Source: Thermoanaerobaculia bacterium (lineage in GTDB: Bacteria; Acidobacteriota; Thermoanaerobaculia; Multivoradales; Multivoraceae). Taken from it: DNA of 64,000 nt. Shown piece after piece: positions 46,461-56,102 of the stretch. Position numbers and translations under genes: made by a program. The first letter of the stretch is position 1. The number at the start of each line of letters is the position of its first letter. The notes under the pieces are model-generated. The model was not told where the DNA came from. It saw only the letters and a list, made by a program, of their open reading frames with translations, and made no database searches. The stretch covers positions 1,568,001 to 1,632,000 of the forward strand of contig OY761158.1 of NCBI GenBank assembly GCA_963664405.1. Direction: 5' to 3'.

Positions 46461-48161
46461 ATGGCAATGCTCCGCGTCCGCGCCCTAGACCAGCGTTTCC
46501 AAAGTTCGTGCTGCATAGCTCGAGGTCATTCTGTTCGCTGGCCAGGCGCGCCGACGCAGGCATATTGGGCAATATGTCGAGGAGGCGAAACGCCGCCAGC
46601 GGGCAGAAGGGGCCGAGATATGTGCGCGAACTTTGGAAGCGCTGGTCTAGTACTCGTTCTGGGGTTGATCTCGGCGCTCGGCTGTCAACCTGCGGAACAA
46701 CCCACGGAGACGGGCGCCCCTCCCGCGGCGGCGGTGGCGGCCGCGCCGAATATCATCGTCATCCTCGCCGACGATCTCGGCTATGGCGACATCGGAGCCT
46801 ACGGTTCCCAGATCCCGACCCCCAACATCGACCAGCTGGCGCGGGACGGCGTTCGGCTGACCTCCGGCCATGTTTCGGCAGCGGTATGCAGCCCGACACG
46901 CGCCGGCCTCCACACCGGCCGCTACCAGAATCGCTTCGGTTGGGAGTACAACCCCTTCTACTTCAGCGGCGCCGACAGAGGTCCCGATGCCGACCTCGGT
47001 CTTCCTCTCGACCAGGCCACACTCGCCAACCTCTTTCAGGATGCCGGCTACACCACCGGCCTGATCGGCAAGTGGCATCTCGGTGTGGCTGAGCAGTACC
47101 ACCCGATGAACCGTGGCTTCGACGAGTTTTACGGAATCCTGGGAGGCGGTACCAGCTACATCGACTCCCGCCTTCCCGGCACTCACGAGTGGCCCGAGGA
47201 GGGTGCCCCGACCACCCGCAGCGGAGACTCGCGCGTCATCCGCGACGGCTTCGAGGTGATCGAGGTCGAGGAGTACCTGACCGACGTCTTCGCCGAGAAG
47301 GCGGTCGACTTCATCGATCGCCATGCGGACGAGCGCTTCCTACTGATGCTGACGCCGAATACCCCACACACGCCCCTTCAGGCGACGGACGAGTACATGG
47401 AGCGGGTGCAGCACATCGAGGGAGAGGGCGCACGCCTCTACGCCGCGATGGTGGTCTCACTCGACGATTACGTCGGTGATGTCGTCGCCGCCCTACGCAA
47501 GCACGACCTTGAGCGCGACACGATCGTCGTCTTTCTCTCCGACAACGGCTGCATCAACTACATGAGCGAGCCGATCTGCACCAACGCCCCCCTGGCTGGC
47601 AACAAGCGCTTCCACCTCGAAGGGGGCCATCGCGTTCCTTTCATCGTCAAATGGCCGGCAGGCCTTCCTCAGGGCGAGGTCTACGATGAGCACGCGATCG
47701 CTCTCGACCTCTACGCGACCTTCGCAGCTGCCAGCGGTCTCGAAGCCAGCTCTCCCGACAGCGTGAACCTGCTTCCCCATCTACGTGGTGAGGCCTCCGA
47801 ACCGCCACACGAGTTCCTCTACTGGCGCGCGGCACCCAACATCGCGATCCTGTGGGGGAAGTGGAAGATGTGGAAGGTCAACAACACCGATCTCGAGATC
47901 CCTCCGGGGCCGCCGGGCCAACAAGTACCGCTGCAGGAATGGCCACCCCACTCTTCGCCCCTAGGCCAGGCCACGGTTCTCTATGACCTTTCCACCGACA
48001 TCGGCGAGACCACGAATGTCGCCGACCAGCATCCCGAGATCGTCGAGCGTCTGGAGAGCGAGCTCGAAGCGTGGGAGGAGACGCTCTCCGAGCCACTCTG
48101 GGTCAACCGCCGCTCGACCTTGCATGAACTGCACGGTCAGACTGTGCACCTCTTCTTCTAA
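46461..48161 (+). CDS. Lipoprotein Cys-type sulfatase with a 54-aa element-derived insertion in its signal peptide
   Basis: PNIIVILADDLGYGD, CSPTRAGL.TGRY, GKWHLG, SDNG; in-frame element at 46485-46650. Confidence 0.9.
   Translation: MAMLRVRALDQRFQSSCCIARGHSVRWPGAPTQAYWAICRGGETPPAGRRGRDMCANFGSAGLVLVLGLISALGCQPAEQPTETGAPPAAAVAAAPNIIVILADDLGYGDIGAYGSQIPTPNIDQLARDGVRLTSGHVSAAVCSPTRAGLHTGRYQNRFGWEYNPFYFSGADRGPDADLGLPLDQATLANLFQDAGYTTGLIGKWHLGVAEQYHPMNRGFDEFYGILGGGTSYIDSRLPGTHEWPEEGAPTTRSGDSRVIRDGFEVIEVEEYLTDVFAEKAVDFIDRHADERFLLMLTPNTPHTPLQATDEYMERVQHIEGEGARLYAAMVVSLDDYVGDVVAALRKHDLERDTIVVFLSDNGCINYMSEPICTNAPLAGNKRFHLEGGHRVPFIVKWPAGLPQGEVYDEHAIALDLYATFAAASGLEASSPDSVNLLPHLRGEASEPPHEFLYWRAAPNIAILWGKWKMWKVNNTDLEIPPGPPGQQVPLQEWPPHSSPLGQATVLYDLSTDIGETTNVADQHPEIVERLESELEAWEETLSEPLWVNRRSTLHELHGQTVHLFF
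46485..46650. mobile_element. CTAG-bounded palindromic MITE-like element, copy 3 (166 bp), intragenic and in frame
   Basis: Removing 162 bp (element minus one CTAG) restores MAMLRVRALVLVLGLISALGCQP, matching the paralogue MAMRSQLRRALVLCLGLLSIIGCQS. Confidence 0.92.
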
Positions 48162-48165
48162 GGGG

Positions 48166-49707
48166 ATGGCGATGAGATCTCAGTTGCGCCGAGCTCTTGT
48201 GCTCTGTCTGGGACTACTCTCGATCATCGGCTGCCAGTCTCCCCAGGAGCCGATAGAAACCGGCGCGCCCCCGGCGCTGGGCGCGCCGACCGCCCCCAAT
48301 ATCATCGTCATCGTGGCCGACGACCTCGGCTACGGTGACATCGGCGTCTTCGGATCGGAGACCATCCCGACCCCCCACATCGACGCGCTGGCACGCGACG
48401 GCGTGCAGTTGACCGCGGGCTACGTTTCCGGAGCGGTGTGCAGTCCCACTCGGGCCGGGCTCCACACCGGGCGCTACCAGAACCGCTTCGGCTACGAGTA
48501 CAACCCCACCGCCAACTATGTGAGGGGGGCCGACGCGGAGCTCGGTCTGCCCGAGGATCAGACGACGATCGCCAATCTCTTTCAAGACGCCGGTTACACC
48601 ACCGGTCTCATCGGCAAGTGGCATCTCGGCATCCGCGAGCCCTACCATCCGCTCAACCGCGGCTTCGACGAGTTCTACGGGATTCGGGGCGGCGCCACGA
48701 GCTATATCGACTCACGGCTTCCGGGGGTGCATTCGTTCCCGGCGGAGGGCGCCCCGACCGAGCGTACCGGGTATGAGCGCGCCATCATCGACGGCCGCGA
48801 AGAGGTGGACGTCCCCGAGTACCTGACCGACGTCTTCGCCGAGAAGGCGGTGGACTTCATCGACCGCCACGCGGACGAGCGCTTTCTCTTGATGCTGACG
48901 CCGAACACTCCCCACACGCCGATCCAGGCGACCGACGAGTACGTCGAGCGAGTCAAGCACATCGAAGAAGAGGGCGCGCGCATCTATGCCGCGATGGTCG
49001 TCTCTCTCGACGACTATGTCGGCGACGTCGTCGCCGCCCTGCGCCGGCACGATCTCGAGCGCGACACACTCATCGTCTTTCACTCCGACAACGGCTGCAT
49101 CAACTACATTGGCGAAGTGATCTGCACCAATGCTCCGCTGTCTGGCGGCAAGCGCTACCACCTCGAAGGAGGCATCCGTGTGCCTTTCATCATCAAGTGG
49201 CCCGCGGGTCTGCCGCAGGGCGCGGTCTACGAAGAACCGGTGATCGCTCTCGACACCTACTCGACCGCGGCCGCCGCCGCTGGCCTCGACGCCAGTACTC
49301 CCGACAGCGTCAACCTCCTTCCCTATCTCCGTGGCGAGACCTCCGAAGCACCGCACGAGTTCCTCTACTGGCGCTCCGCTCCCAACCACGCGATCCGTTG
49401 GGGGAAGTGGAAGATGTGGAAGGTCAACAACACCGATCTGGCCTTCGGCGATCCTCCGCCTCCCGGTCGGTTACTGCCCGAAGTGGACTACCCGATCGAG
49501 TCCCCCCATGGGCAGACGACGGTTCTCTACGACCTCTCGGCCGATGTCAGCGAGCAGCAGAATCTCGCCGACCAGCACCCCGAGATCGTCGAGCGCCTGG
49601 AGGCCGAGCTCGAAGCCTGGGCCTCCGAGCTCGCCGAGCCGATGTGGACCAGCCGCCGCGCGACTCTCGACGACCTCCACGGCCAGACCGTTCAGCTCTT
49701 CTTCTAG
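48166..49707 (+). CDS. Lipoprotein Cys-type sulfatase (tandem paralogue)
   Basis: Same motifs; highly similar to 46461-48161 over its length; lipobox-like IIGC. Confidence 0.92.
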   Translation: MAMRSQLRRALVLCLGLLSIIGCQSPQEPIETGAPPALGAPTAPNIIVIVADDLGYGDIGVFGSETIPTPHIDALARDGVQLTAGYVSGAVCSPTRAGLHTGRYQNRFGYEYNPTANYVRGADAELGLPEDQTTIANLFQDAGYTTGLIGKWHLGIREPYHPLNRGFDEFYGIRGGATSYIDSRLPGVHSFPAEGAPTERTGYERAIIDGREEVDVPEYLTDVFAEKAVDFIDRHADERFLLMLTPNTPHTPIQATDEYVERVKHIEEEGARIYAAMVVSLDDYVGDVVAALRRHDLERDTLIVFHSDNGCINYIGEVICTNAPLSGGKRYHLEGGIRVPFIIKWPAGLPQGAVYEEPVIALDTYSTAAAAAGLDASTPDSVNLLPYLRGETSEAPHEFLYWRSAPNHAIRWGKWKMWKVNNTDLAFGDPPPPGRLLPEVDYPIESPHGQTTVLYDLSADVSEQQNLADQHPEIVERLEAELEAWASELAEPMWTSRRATLDDLHGQTVQLFF

Positions 49708-49897
49708 CTTTCGTATAGTTTTCGAAAATGATCGCTATCATTTCCGAAATCTAGTTGCTGTTTGGCGCCGAGGACGGCGCACTCGTGCGTTGCTTCCTAT
49801 TCGCTCCGGAAAACGGCGCGGGCCGATTCGGGGGTCTTAGGGCCGGACGCCCACGTCCCTCGGAGCGAATAGGAAACAGCGCCTGAAAGCTAACTAG
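49704..49897. repeat. Two abutting CTAG-bounded palindromic segments (49704-49754 and 49751-49897) containing REP-like copy 3
   Basis: First segment: GAAAATGAT-CGCT-ATCATTTTC hairpin. Second: perfect 15-bp IR TTCCTATTCGCTCCG/CGGAGCGAATAGGAA, CTAGTT...AACTAG ends, and GGCGCCGAGGACGGCGC at 49764-49780. Confidence 0.65.
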
Positions 49898-49992
49898 TTG
49901 TTGTCTAGCCTCGGCTGATACGCCTCGTCCAAGGGGCGACAATTTGGGTGTTATAAGCTCGACGCCAACTCTTTTCAGGAGGAGCGGAAACG

Positions 49993-50997
49993 GTGGAGCG
50001 AATCTCAGGACTCTCGATCACCTTCTTTGTTGCGGCCTGCGCCGCCCCACCGGAAGCCGACCTCGACGACATACTAGGGGCGACGCCACCCGACTTGTCG
50101 GCTTACCAGAAATACGAGATCGAGTCCTCAGCCGAGGGCAACCTACAAGTCACTTTCCTCGGCGTCGCCACCCTGCTCTTCGACGACGGAGAGACGGCGA
50201 TCATGACCGACGGCTACTTCACTCGCATCAGCCGCGAGCAGATGGCTCTGGGCGATCCGATCGCGCCGGATCAAGCTTTGGTCGCGGCAGGTTTACAACG
50301 CGTCGGGGTCGATCGACTCGCCGCCGTCATGACGGTGCATTCGCACTTCGATCACTCTCTGGACACCCCGGTCGTCGCGAAGCTCACCGGCGCCACCGTC
50401 GTCGGCTCGCGCTCCACCGCGAACATCGCCCGCGGTTGGGGACTCGACGAGACGCAGATCAAAGAAGTCGTGAACGGGGACTCAATGCGTTTCGGTGACT
50501 TCGAAGTGACCTTCATCCAGTCGAAGCACTACGCGCTCCCCGCAGCCGCTGCCACCTCGATCGGCAAAGAGATCCTCTCGCCCCTGGTGCCGCCACAGCC
50601 GACCACCGCCTATGTCGAAGGCGGCAGTTACTCCATCCTGATCGACCATCCCGTACAGAGCTTTCTGGTGCAGGGCAGCGCGGGGTCCCTGCCGGGCGCC
50701 TTGGACGCCTATTCCGCGGACATAGTCCTGCTCGGCATCGGCGGCCTGGGGCGCATGGAGCGGGACTACAAGGAAGGCTATTGGCGAGACGTGGTCGAGG
50801 CTGTAGATGCGAAGGTCGTAATTCCGATTCACTTCGACGACTTCACTCGCTCCGCCACTGCACCCCTCGGTGCGATGCCCGATGTGCCGCAGGCTTTCGA
50901 CTTTCTGATCGACAAGGCGGGTGAGGCCAATGTGGAGTTTGCGCTGCTGCCCTACTACCTACCCGCGGCGCCCCGTCCGTCCCAGACCGCCCCTTGA
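49993..50997 (+). CDS. MBL-fold metallo-hydrolase (probable lipoprotein)
   Basis: VTFLGVATLL, TDGYFTR, HSHFDHSLD, IPIHFDDF. Confidence 0.85.
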   Translation: MERISGLSITFFVAACAAPPEADLDDILGATPPDLSAYQKYEIESSAEGNLQVTFLGVATLLFDDGETAIMTDGYFTRISREQMALGDPIAPDQALVAAGLQRVGVDRLAAVMTVHSHFDHSLDTPVVAKLTGATVVGSRSTANIARGWGLDETQIKEVVNGDSMRFGDFEVTFIQSKHYALPAAAATSIGKEILSPLVPPQPTTAYVEGGSYSILIDHPVQSFLVQGSAGSLPGALDAYSADIVLLGIGGLGRMERDYKEGYWRDVVEAVDAKVVIPIHFDDFTRSATAPLGAMPDVPQAFDFLIDKAGEANVEFALLPYYLPAAPRPSQTAP

Positions 50998-51353
50998 TAG
51001 GCGTCCTGGATCGCCCGGTCTCGAGTCAGCAGCGGCACATCGTTGATCACCGCATGGCTGACGATGATGCGGTCGAATGGATCGCGAGTCCAATTCTGAT
51101 CACGAGCGGTGGTCGCCACCTGCTCGAAGGGCAAGTCGCATACGACCAGGCCCAAGGGCGCCCGCAGAGTAGCTAGAACTTCTTCAGCCGGCTTCCCGGT
51201 CCGTCCGATCTCATACAGATACTGAAGCTCCAGCCCCACCATCGGAGAGATCAACAGTTCATTGCCTTCGATCAGAGAACGGGCAAGGGCCGGTATCAGA
51301 TCGACGCGGCCGGCGTAGAGCCAGGCGACAACGTGGGTGTCGAGATAGATCAA
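50955..51353 (-). CDS. vapC: VapC/PIN-domain toxin
   Basis: IYLDTHVVAW, ISPMVGLEL, RDPFDRIIV, LLTRD; TTG start overlaps the antitoxin stop. Confidence 0.88.
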   Translation of the reverse strand: MIYLDTHVVAWLYAGRVDLIPALARSLIEGNELLISPMVGLELQYLYEIGRTGKPAEEVLATLRAPLGLVVCDLPFEQVATTARDQNWTRDPFDRIIVSHAVINDVPLLTRDRAIQDAYQGAVWDGRGAAGR

Positions 51354-51571
51354 GGCTTCCAGGCTTCCGACCAATCGATGTCGAGAAGATCTTCGGGCTC
51401 AGCGAGCAGATAGTCACGAGGCTCGAGCCGGTCGAGCTTGGCACGCCGCTCAAGCGGTACGACTCGTAGGATCTGACCGCGACGCTCCACCTCGAGTGGA
51501 ATGCCGGTCTCGAGAACTTGGTCGAGGAGGCGGTAGATGTCCTGTCGAAGGCTCGATGCTGTGACTGTCAT
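51350..51571 (-). CDS. Phd/YefM-like antitoxin
   Basis: TASSLRQDIYRLLDQVLETG.P.EVERRG; upstream ACGTACGT palindromes at about 51615-51648 (probable operator). Confidence 0.8.
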   Translation of the reverse strand: MTVTASSLRQDIYRLLDQVLETGIPLEVERRGQILRVVPLERRAKLDRLEPRDYLLAEPEDLLDIDWSEAWKP

Positions 51572-51726
51572 AGCGGCTCCCCTTGTCTCTCTCTCAAAGC
51601 TATCCCACGAACGATACGTACGTCAATATACAGAACGTACGTACGTACCCTAGATCACTACTCTCACGCTAAGGTCCGCCGTACACTCGGGACTCCAGCA
51701 ACAGAAAGGAAGAGGCTGGCAATCTT

Positions 51727-52497
51727 ATGTATCCGAATCCCCTGAAAGAGAAGATCCACGACGGCAAGCTCGTCCTTGGCACGATGCTACCGACCCACGA
51801 CATCCGCATCGCTGCCTTCCTGGCCAACGGCTGCACAGCAGACTTCATCTGGCTCGACCAGGAACACTCGCCCTTCGGCCCGCGCGACATGGAGATGATT
51901 CCGATCATGCTCCGCCAAAAGGGAATCGCCCCCTTGGTGCGGGTGGCGTGGAACGATCCGGGGCTGATCAAGAAGGCCTACGATGCTGGAGCCGTCTCGG
52001 TGATGGTGCCGCAGGTCGGCAACGTCGAGGAAGCCAAGCTCGCGGTCCAGTACGGCAACTATCCCCCGCTGGGCAATCGTGGAATCTCCCCGCACTGGCC
52101 ACTGCTGGCAGGCGAAGACTTTGTCAATGTCGTAAAGACCGCAAACGACGAGACGGTCCTCGTTCTGCAGATGGAGACGGTCGAGGCCTACGAACAGATC
52201 GACGAGATCCTCGCCGTCGACGGCTTCGACGTTCTCTTAGTCGGTCCGATGGATCTTTCAGCATCTCTTGGTGTCACCGCCGAGATGCAGAATCCAAAAG
52301 TGCAGACGATCATGGAGGACGTACCGAAGCGAGCCGAAGGCAGCGGCAAGATCATCGGAACAACACTCCAAGACCCGGAGGAGATCCGCCAGAAGATCGA
52401 CTGGGGCTACAAGTTCCTCAATCTCGGCAGCCCGATCGGTTTCGGCATTCGATTCGTCAACGACCGCTTCGCCGAATATCGCGAGCAAGCGGGCTAG
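51727..52497 (+). CDS. HpcH/HpaI aldolase family
   Basis: DFIWLDQEH, LVRV, DAGA..VMVPQV, YPPLGNRG, QMET, VGPMDLSASLG. Confidence 0.9.
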   Translation: MYPNPLKEKIHDGKLVLGTMLPTHDIRIAAFLANGCTADFIWLDQEHSPFGPRDMEMIPIMLRQKGIAPLVRVAWNDPGLIKKAYDAGAVSVMVPQVGNVEEAKLAVQYGNYPPLGNRGISPHWPLLAGEDFVNVVKTANDETVLVLQMETVEAYEQIDEILAVDGFDVLLVGPMDLSASLGVTAEMQNPKVQTIMEDVPKRAEGSGKIIGTTLQDPEEIRQKIDWGYKFLNLGSPIGFGIRFVNDRFAEYREQAG

Positions 52498-52506
52498 TAA
52501 CGGCCT

Positions 52507-52686
52507 CTAGTGTCCTGTATCAGTAGTTCGTCACACAACTCGCTGGCCCTTTTGGGCGCTGCCGTCGTTGGCTGGGCGCCCCCGCTCTCCTCGCAATATT
52601 GCCCAATATACCTTCGTCGTAGCGCCTTGGCAGCACCCAAAATGACTGCGCGATTTATGCAACGAACCACTGATACAGGACACTAG
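52507..52686 (-). mobile_element. Related CTAG-bounded palindromic element, subfamily 2 (180 bp)
   Basis: TIR CTAGTGTCCTGTATCAGT / ACTGATACAGGACACTAG; minus-strand core CGACGAAGGTATATTGGGCAATATTGCGAGGAG matches the core of copies 1-3. Confidence 0.8.
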
Positions 52687-52704
52687 AAACGGGAGGAACG
52701 AGAC

Positions 52705-53667
52705 GTGCCCAAGTTCGTGATGCTGCCGCCCATCGATGATCTTCGCCGAGATTGGGCGGAGCGCCTCGCCCGCGAGCTACCCGAGCTCGAGGTTGTGGTC
52801 GCCGAAGACGACGCCGAGGCGGCGGTCGAGCTGGTCGACGCCGACGGCGCCTATGGCTGGGTGCCGCCGGAGGTTCTGCCGACCGTCGAGAAGCTGAGCT
52901 GGCTGCAGAATCCCGACGCCGGCCCCTTCATCGGTTACTACTACAAAGAGCTGATCGAGCATCCGGTCACGATCACGAATCCGCGCGGAATCTATTCGGA
53001 CCACATCGCCCATCACATTCTGATGTTCCTATTGGCGCTGTCACGCGGCCTGCCCTATTTCGTCGCGGAGCAGGCGAAGGGTCGGTGGAACAGGAACGCG
53101 CGCAAGCACGGCTATGTCAACCTTCCAGACTCCACCGTCCTCATCAACGGCCTCGGCGGGATCGGCGCCGAGACGGCGCGCCTGTGTGCGGAGCTCGGTG
53201 CACGGGTGATCGGCGTCGACCCGCGACCCGAGCACGAAACCCCGGCCGAAGTCATCGCGCCCAGCGAGCTGGATCGTCGTCTTCCTGAGGCGGATTTCGT
53301 CGTCACCACCGTGCCGCACACTCCCGAGACCGAGGGCATGTGGAACACGCAACGCTTGGCGCTGATGAAGAAGTCCGCGTACTTCATCAATATCGGACGC
53401 GGCAAGACGGCCAAGCTCGACGATCTGGTGACCGCGCTCGAATCGGGCGAGATCGCCGGCGCGGGGCTCGACGTCTACGAGACCGAGCCGCTTCCCGAAA
53501 GCCATCCACTCTGGCACATGGAGAACGTTCTGCTCACACCGCATATCGCGGTCTACGAGGCCGAGAACATTCCCGAGCGCCGCTACCAGCTCATCCTCGA
53601 GAATGCGCGACGCTTCCTCGACGGACGTGAGCTCCTGAACGTGGTCGACAAGGCAAAGTGGTATTGA
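52705..53667 (+). CDS. D-2-hydroxyacid dehydrogenase
   Basis: GLGGIG, PHTPET, FINIGRG, GAGLDVYE.EPLP, LTPHIA. Confidence 0.92.
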   Translation: MPKFVMLPPIDDLRRDWAERLARELPELEVVVAEDDAEAAVELVDADGAYGWVPPEVLPTVEKLSWLQNPDAGPFIGYYYKELIEHPVTITNPRGIYSDHIAHHILMFLLALSRGLPYFVAEQAKGRWNRNARKHGYVNLPDSTVLINGLGGIGAETARLCAELGARVIGVDPRPEHETPAEVIAPSELDRRLPEADFVVTTVPHTPETEGMWNTQRLALMKKSAYFINIGRGKTAKLDDLVTALESGEIAGAGLDVYETEPLPESHPLWHMENVLLTPHIAVYEAENIPERRYQLILENARRFLDGRELLNVVDKAKWY

Positions 53668-53689
53668 CCAAACGCGGCACTGCGAAACA

Positions 53690-53728
53690 TCCTTGAAAAT
53701 CCTCAGTTCGGCTGAGGATTTTCAAGGA
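53690..53728. terminator. Strong hairpin between convergent genes
   Basis: TCCTTGAAAATCCTCAG-TTCGG-CTGAGGATTTTCAAGGA, 17-bp perfect stem. Confidence 0.65.
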
Positions 53729-53796
53729 ACATTTTCAACGAATGGCAAGCCCAAGCGGAGGGAATCTACCTTCGCGACAGCGACCTTCTCACTTTG

Positions 53797-55245
53797 TCAG
53801 CGCGGCCCGAAGAGATTTCTTATCGGCAGCCCGGGGTCCTTGGCGGGGTCGTAGTCGGGATTGCGCGTCGGCAGCTCGAGATCGACTTCTTCGAAGTAGG
53901 AGTCGAGTCGCTGCGAGAGCTTCTTCGCGATCTCGGGGCGCCAACTGCTCAGATCGGTCGACTCCCGGAGGTCGAGCTCGAGATCGTAGAGGTACTCTCG
54001 ACCCGATTCGAGCTCGCGGATGAGCTTGTGGTTGCCGCTACGAATGGCCGCCTGCGGCGCCACGTGCTTCATGTTGCGATAGGCGCCGTAGTACCAGACC
54101 AGCTCGTCCGTGCCGCGCTCGACTGTCGAGGCACGACCGGCTAGGACTCCCGCCAGGCTCCCTCCGTCTACGTCGCTCGGAACATCGTCGCCTTCGCCGA
54201 TCCACTCGGCGATCGTCGGCAGAAAGTCATAGCCGATCGCCGGAACATGACTCTGCGATCCGGCTTCGATTCCCGGACCCCGAACGATCAGCGGCACCCG
54301 AATGCCGCCCTCCCACACATGAGTCTTGCCCATGAACAACGGAGTATTGCTGGTCACCGGGGTATCCGATTCACCACCGTTGTCGGAGGTGAAGATCACA
54401 TAGGTATTCTCCGAGAGTCCGAGCTCGTCCAGCTTCGCGAGGATCTTGCCGACACTCTCGTCCATCTCCTCCGTCATCGCGGCATAGACCTCGTTCGAGT
54501 GGTTGTTGCCGGTGGGATAAGTCTTGTAGCGCTCCACGTTCTTGGGGAAGGCCCGGAGAGGAGTGTGCACTGCGTAGTAGGAGACCTGGAGATAGAAGGG
54601 TCGTCCACTCGGCCCGTACTTGTCGAGGAAGGCGAGCGAGTCTTTGGTGATCTCCCCGGAGCGCTTGGGGTCGGGTGGTCCCTGCCCACCCGGCGTGTTG
54701 GTGGTGGTGCCGTTGTGCTCGTCGTAGCCATGGCGCTCGGGCGGGGTCGCGCCCATATGCCATTTGCCGAAGTGACCGGCGACCGTCTTCGAATCGTGCC
54801 GCTTCAGATACTCGGCGATGGTGAGCTCGCTTTCCGGCAGATCGTCGATCGGAAAAGGCACGAGCAGAGGTTTGTTGAAATACATCATGTCGTGGAAGGG
54901 CTGGATCAGCGCCTTGCCGTTCTCGTCAGGCACCACGTCGATGATGTCGGTGGCGCCAAGACGCGCCGCGGTCTTCCCGGTCTGGATCGCCATCCGGGTC
55001 GGCGAGCAGTTCGGCGCCGGGGAGTAGGCGTTGGAGAAGCGCATACCCTGGCTCGCCATCCGCTCCAAGCTCGGAGTGCGGTAAAGATCGCTCTTTGAGC
55101 CCGCCACACGGTCGTCCATCTGCACCGACGAGCCGGTCCAACCCATGTCGTCGGCGAGCAAGAGAACGATGTTCGGCGTGTCCGCCGCGCTGGCGGTCAG
55201 CGGTAGGGCTATGGCGAGTAGGAGAGTAGCGACTTCAAGTCTCAT
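53797..55245 (-). CDS. Secreted Cys-type sulfatase
   Basis: PNIVLLLADDMGW, CSPTR, GKWH, YYAVHTP, TSDNGG, EGGIRVP. Confidence 0.92.
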   Translation of the reverse strand: MRLEVATLLLAIALPLTASAADTPNIVLLLADDMGWTGSSVQMDDRVAGSKSDLYRTPSLERMASQGMRFSNAYSPAPNCSPTRMAIQTGKTAARLGATDIIDVVPDENGKALIQPFHDMMYFNKPLLVPFPIDDLPESELTIAEYLKRHDSKTVAGHFGKWHMGATPPERHGYDEHNGTTTNTPGGQGPPDPKRSGEITKDSLAFLDKYGPSGRPFYLQVSYYAVHTPLRAFPKNVERYKTYPTGNNHSNEVYAAMTEEMDESVGKILAKLDELGLSENTYVIFTSDNGGESDTPVTSNTPLFMGKTHVWEGGIRVPLIVRGPGIEAGSQSHVPAIGYDFLPTIAEWIGEGDDVPSDVDGGSLAGVLAGRASTVERGTDELVWYYGAYRNMKHVAPQAAIRSGNHKLIRELESGREYLYDLELDLRESTDLSSWRPEIAKKLSQRLDSYFEEVDLELPTRNPDYDPAKDPGLPIRNLFGPR

Positions 55246-55333
55246 GACTCCTCCTGAGGATCGGATTTTCTGCGGGCATCAACTCTAGCATCGTGAGCGA
55301 CGTCGAAGCCGCAGTGACACGCTGGGGGATCCT

Positions 55334-55741
55334 CTATTCACTCGCGTCTGTGCGCAGCACGGGTCCCGCCCAATCGAGAATGCGTTGGTCAGCCGTGGCC
55401 AGGACAGCTCCCTCGCGCAGGGCGGTGGCGACAATGATGCGGTCGGCGGGATCGGCGTGGAAGTCGGCCAGAGCCGCCGCTCGTGCACCGATATCTCCGA
55501 TGACCGCGATCTCCACCAGGCCGGCGCGAAGCAGTTTCGACCTCCAGGCGTCGAGATCGAGCGCCAGCGACACCCGACCCTTGCGTAGCAGGGTACCGAT
55601 CTCCCAGAAGCTGATGGCAGAGACCGAGAGCCCATCTTCCGCGAGCGCTCGGTCGAGTGCCAGACGCGCCTTCGGTCCCAGTCTCGAGCTTCCGCCGTCG
55701 AGCCAAAGCAGGACGTGGGTGTCGAGCAGGGTCATTGCCAA
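55334..55741 (-). CDS. vapC: VapC/PIN-domain toxin
   Basis: LLDTHVLLW, SAISFWEI, HADPADRIIVATA, LATAD. Confidence 0.9.
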   Translation of the reverse strand: MAMTLLDTHVLLWLDGGSSRLGPKARLALDRALAEDGLSVSAISFWEIGTLLRKGRVSLALDLDAWRSKLLRAGLVEIAVIGDIGARAAALADFHADPADRIIVATALREGAVLATADQRILDWAGPVLRTDASE

Positions 55742-55771
55742 GCTCCTGCGACGAATGGAGCGTTCGACGAG

Positions 55772-56011
55772 CTACTCGGCATTCCCCCCGCTGGCCTCCC
55801 ACTCGTTCTCGATCGGGGAGACGACGTCGCCGTGAATCACGAGCTCCTTACGGTGGAGGCCGAAGAGGGTCTCTGGCTTCTCCAGATACGCGACCAACCG
55901 ACTCACCGGACGACCGTTCTTCGTGATCACGATGGACTCGTTGGTCTCTGCGACTTCGTCCATCAAGGCGAGACACTTGGATTTGAACTCGGACGCTTTG
56001 ATCTTCTTCAT
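55772..56011 (-). CDS. Phd/YefM antitoxin
   Basis: IKASEFKSKCLALMDEV.ET.E.IVITKNGRPVSRLV. Confidence 0.9.
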   Translation of the reverse strand: MKKIKASEFKSKCLALMDEVAETNESIVITKNGRPVSRLVAYLEKPETLFGLHRKELVIHGDVVSPIENEWEASGGNAE

Positions 56012-56030
56012 TGCCGCCCCCTCAGTTATC

Positions 56031-56054
56031 TGACCATGGTCATGACCATGGTTA
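56031..56054. promoter_or_regulatory. Tandem palindromic operator upstream of the phd-vapC pair
   Basis: TGACCATGGTCA TGACCATGGTTA, 20-43 nt upstream of the antitoxin start. Confidence 0.65.
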
Positions 56055-56102
56055 TATGGAGACTAACAGAAGCCTCATCCGTCACACACTATTAGGGTCG
56101 CC

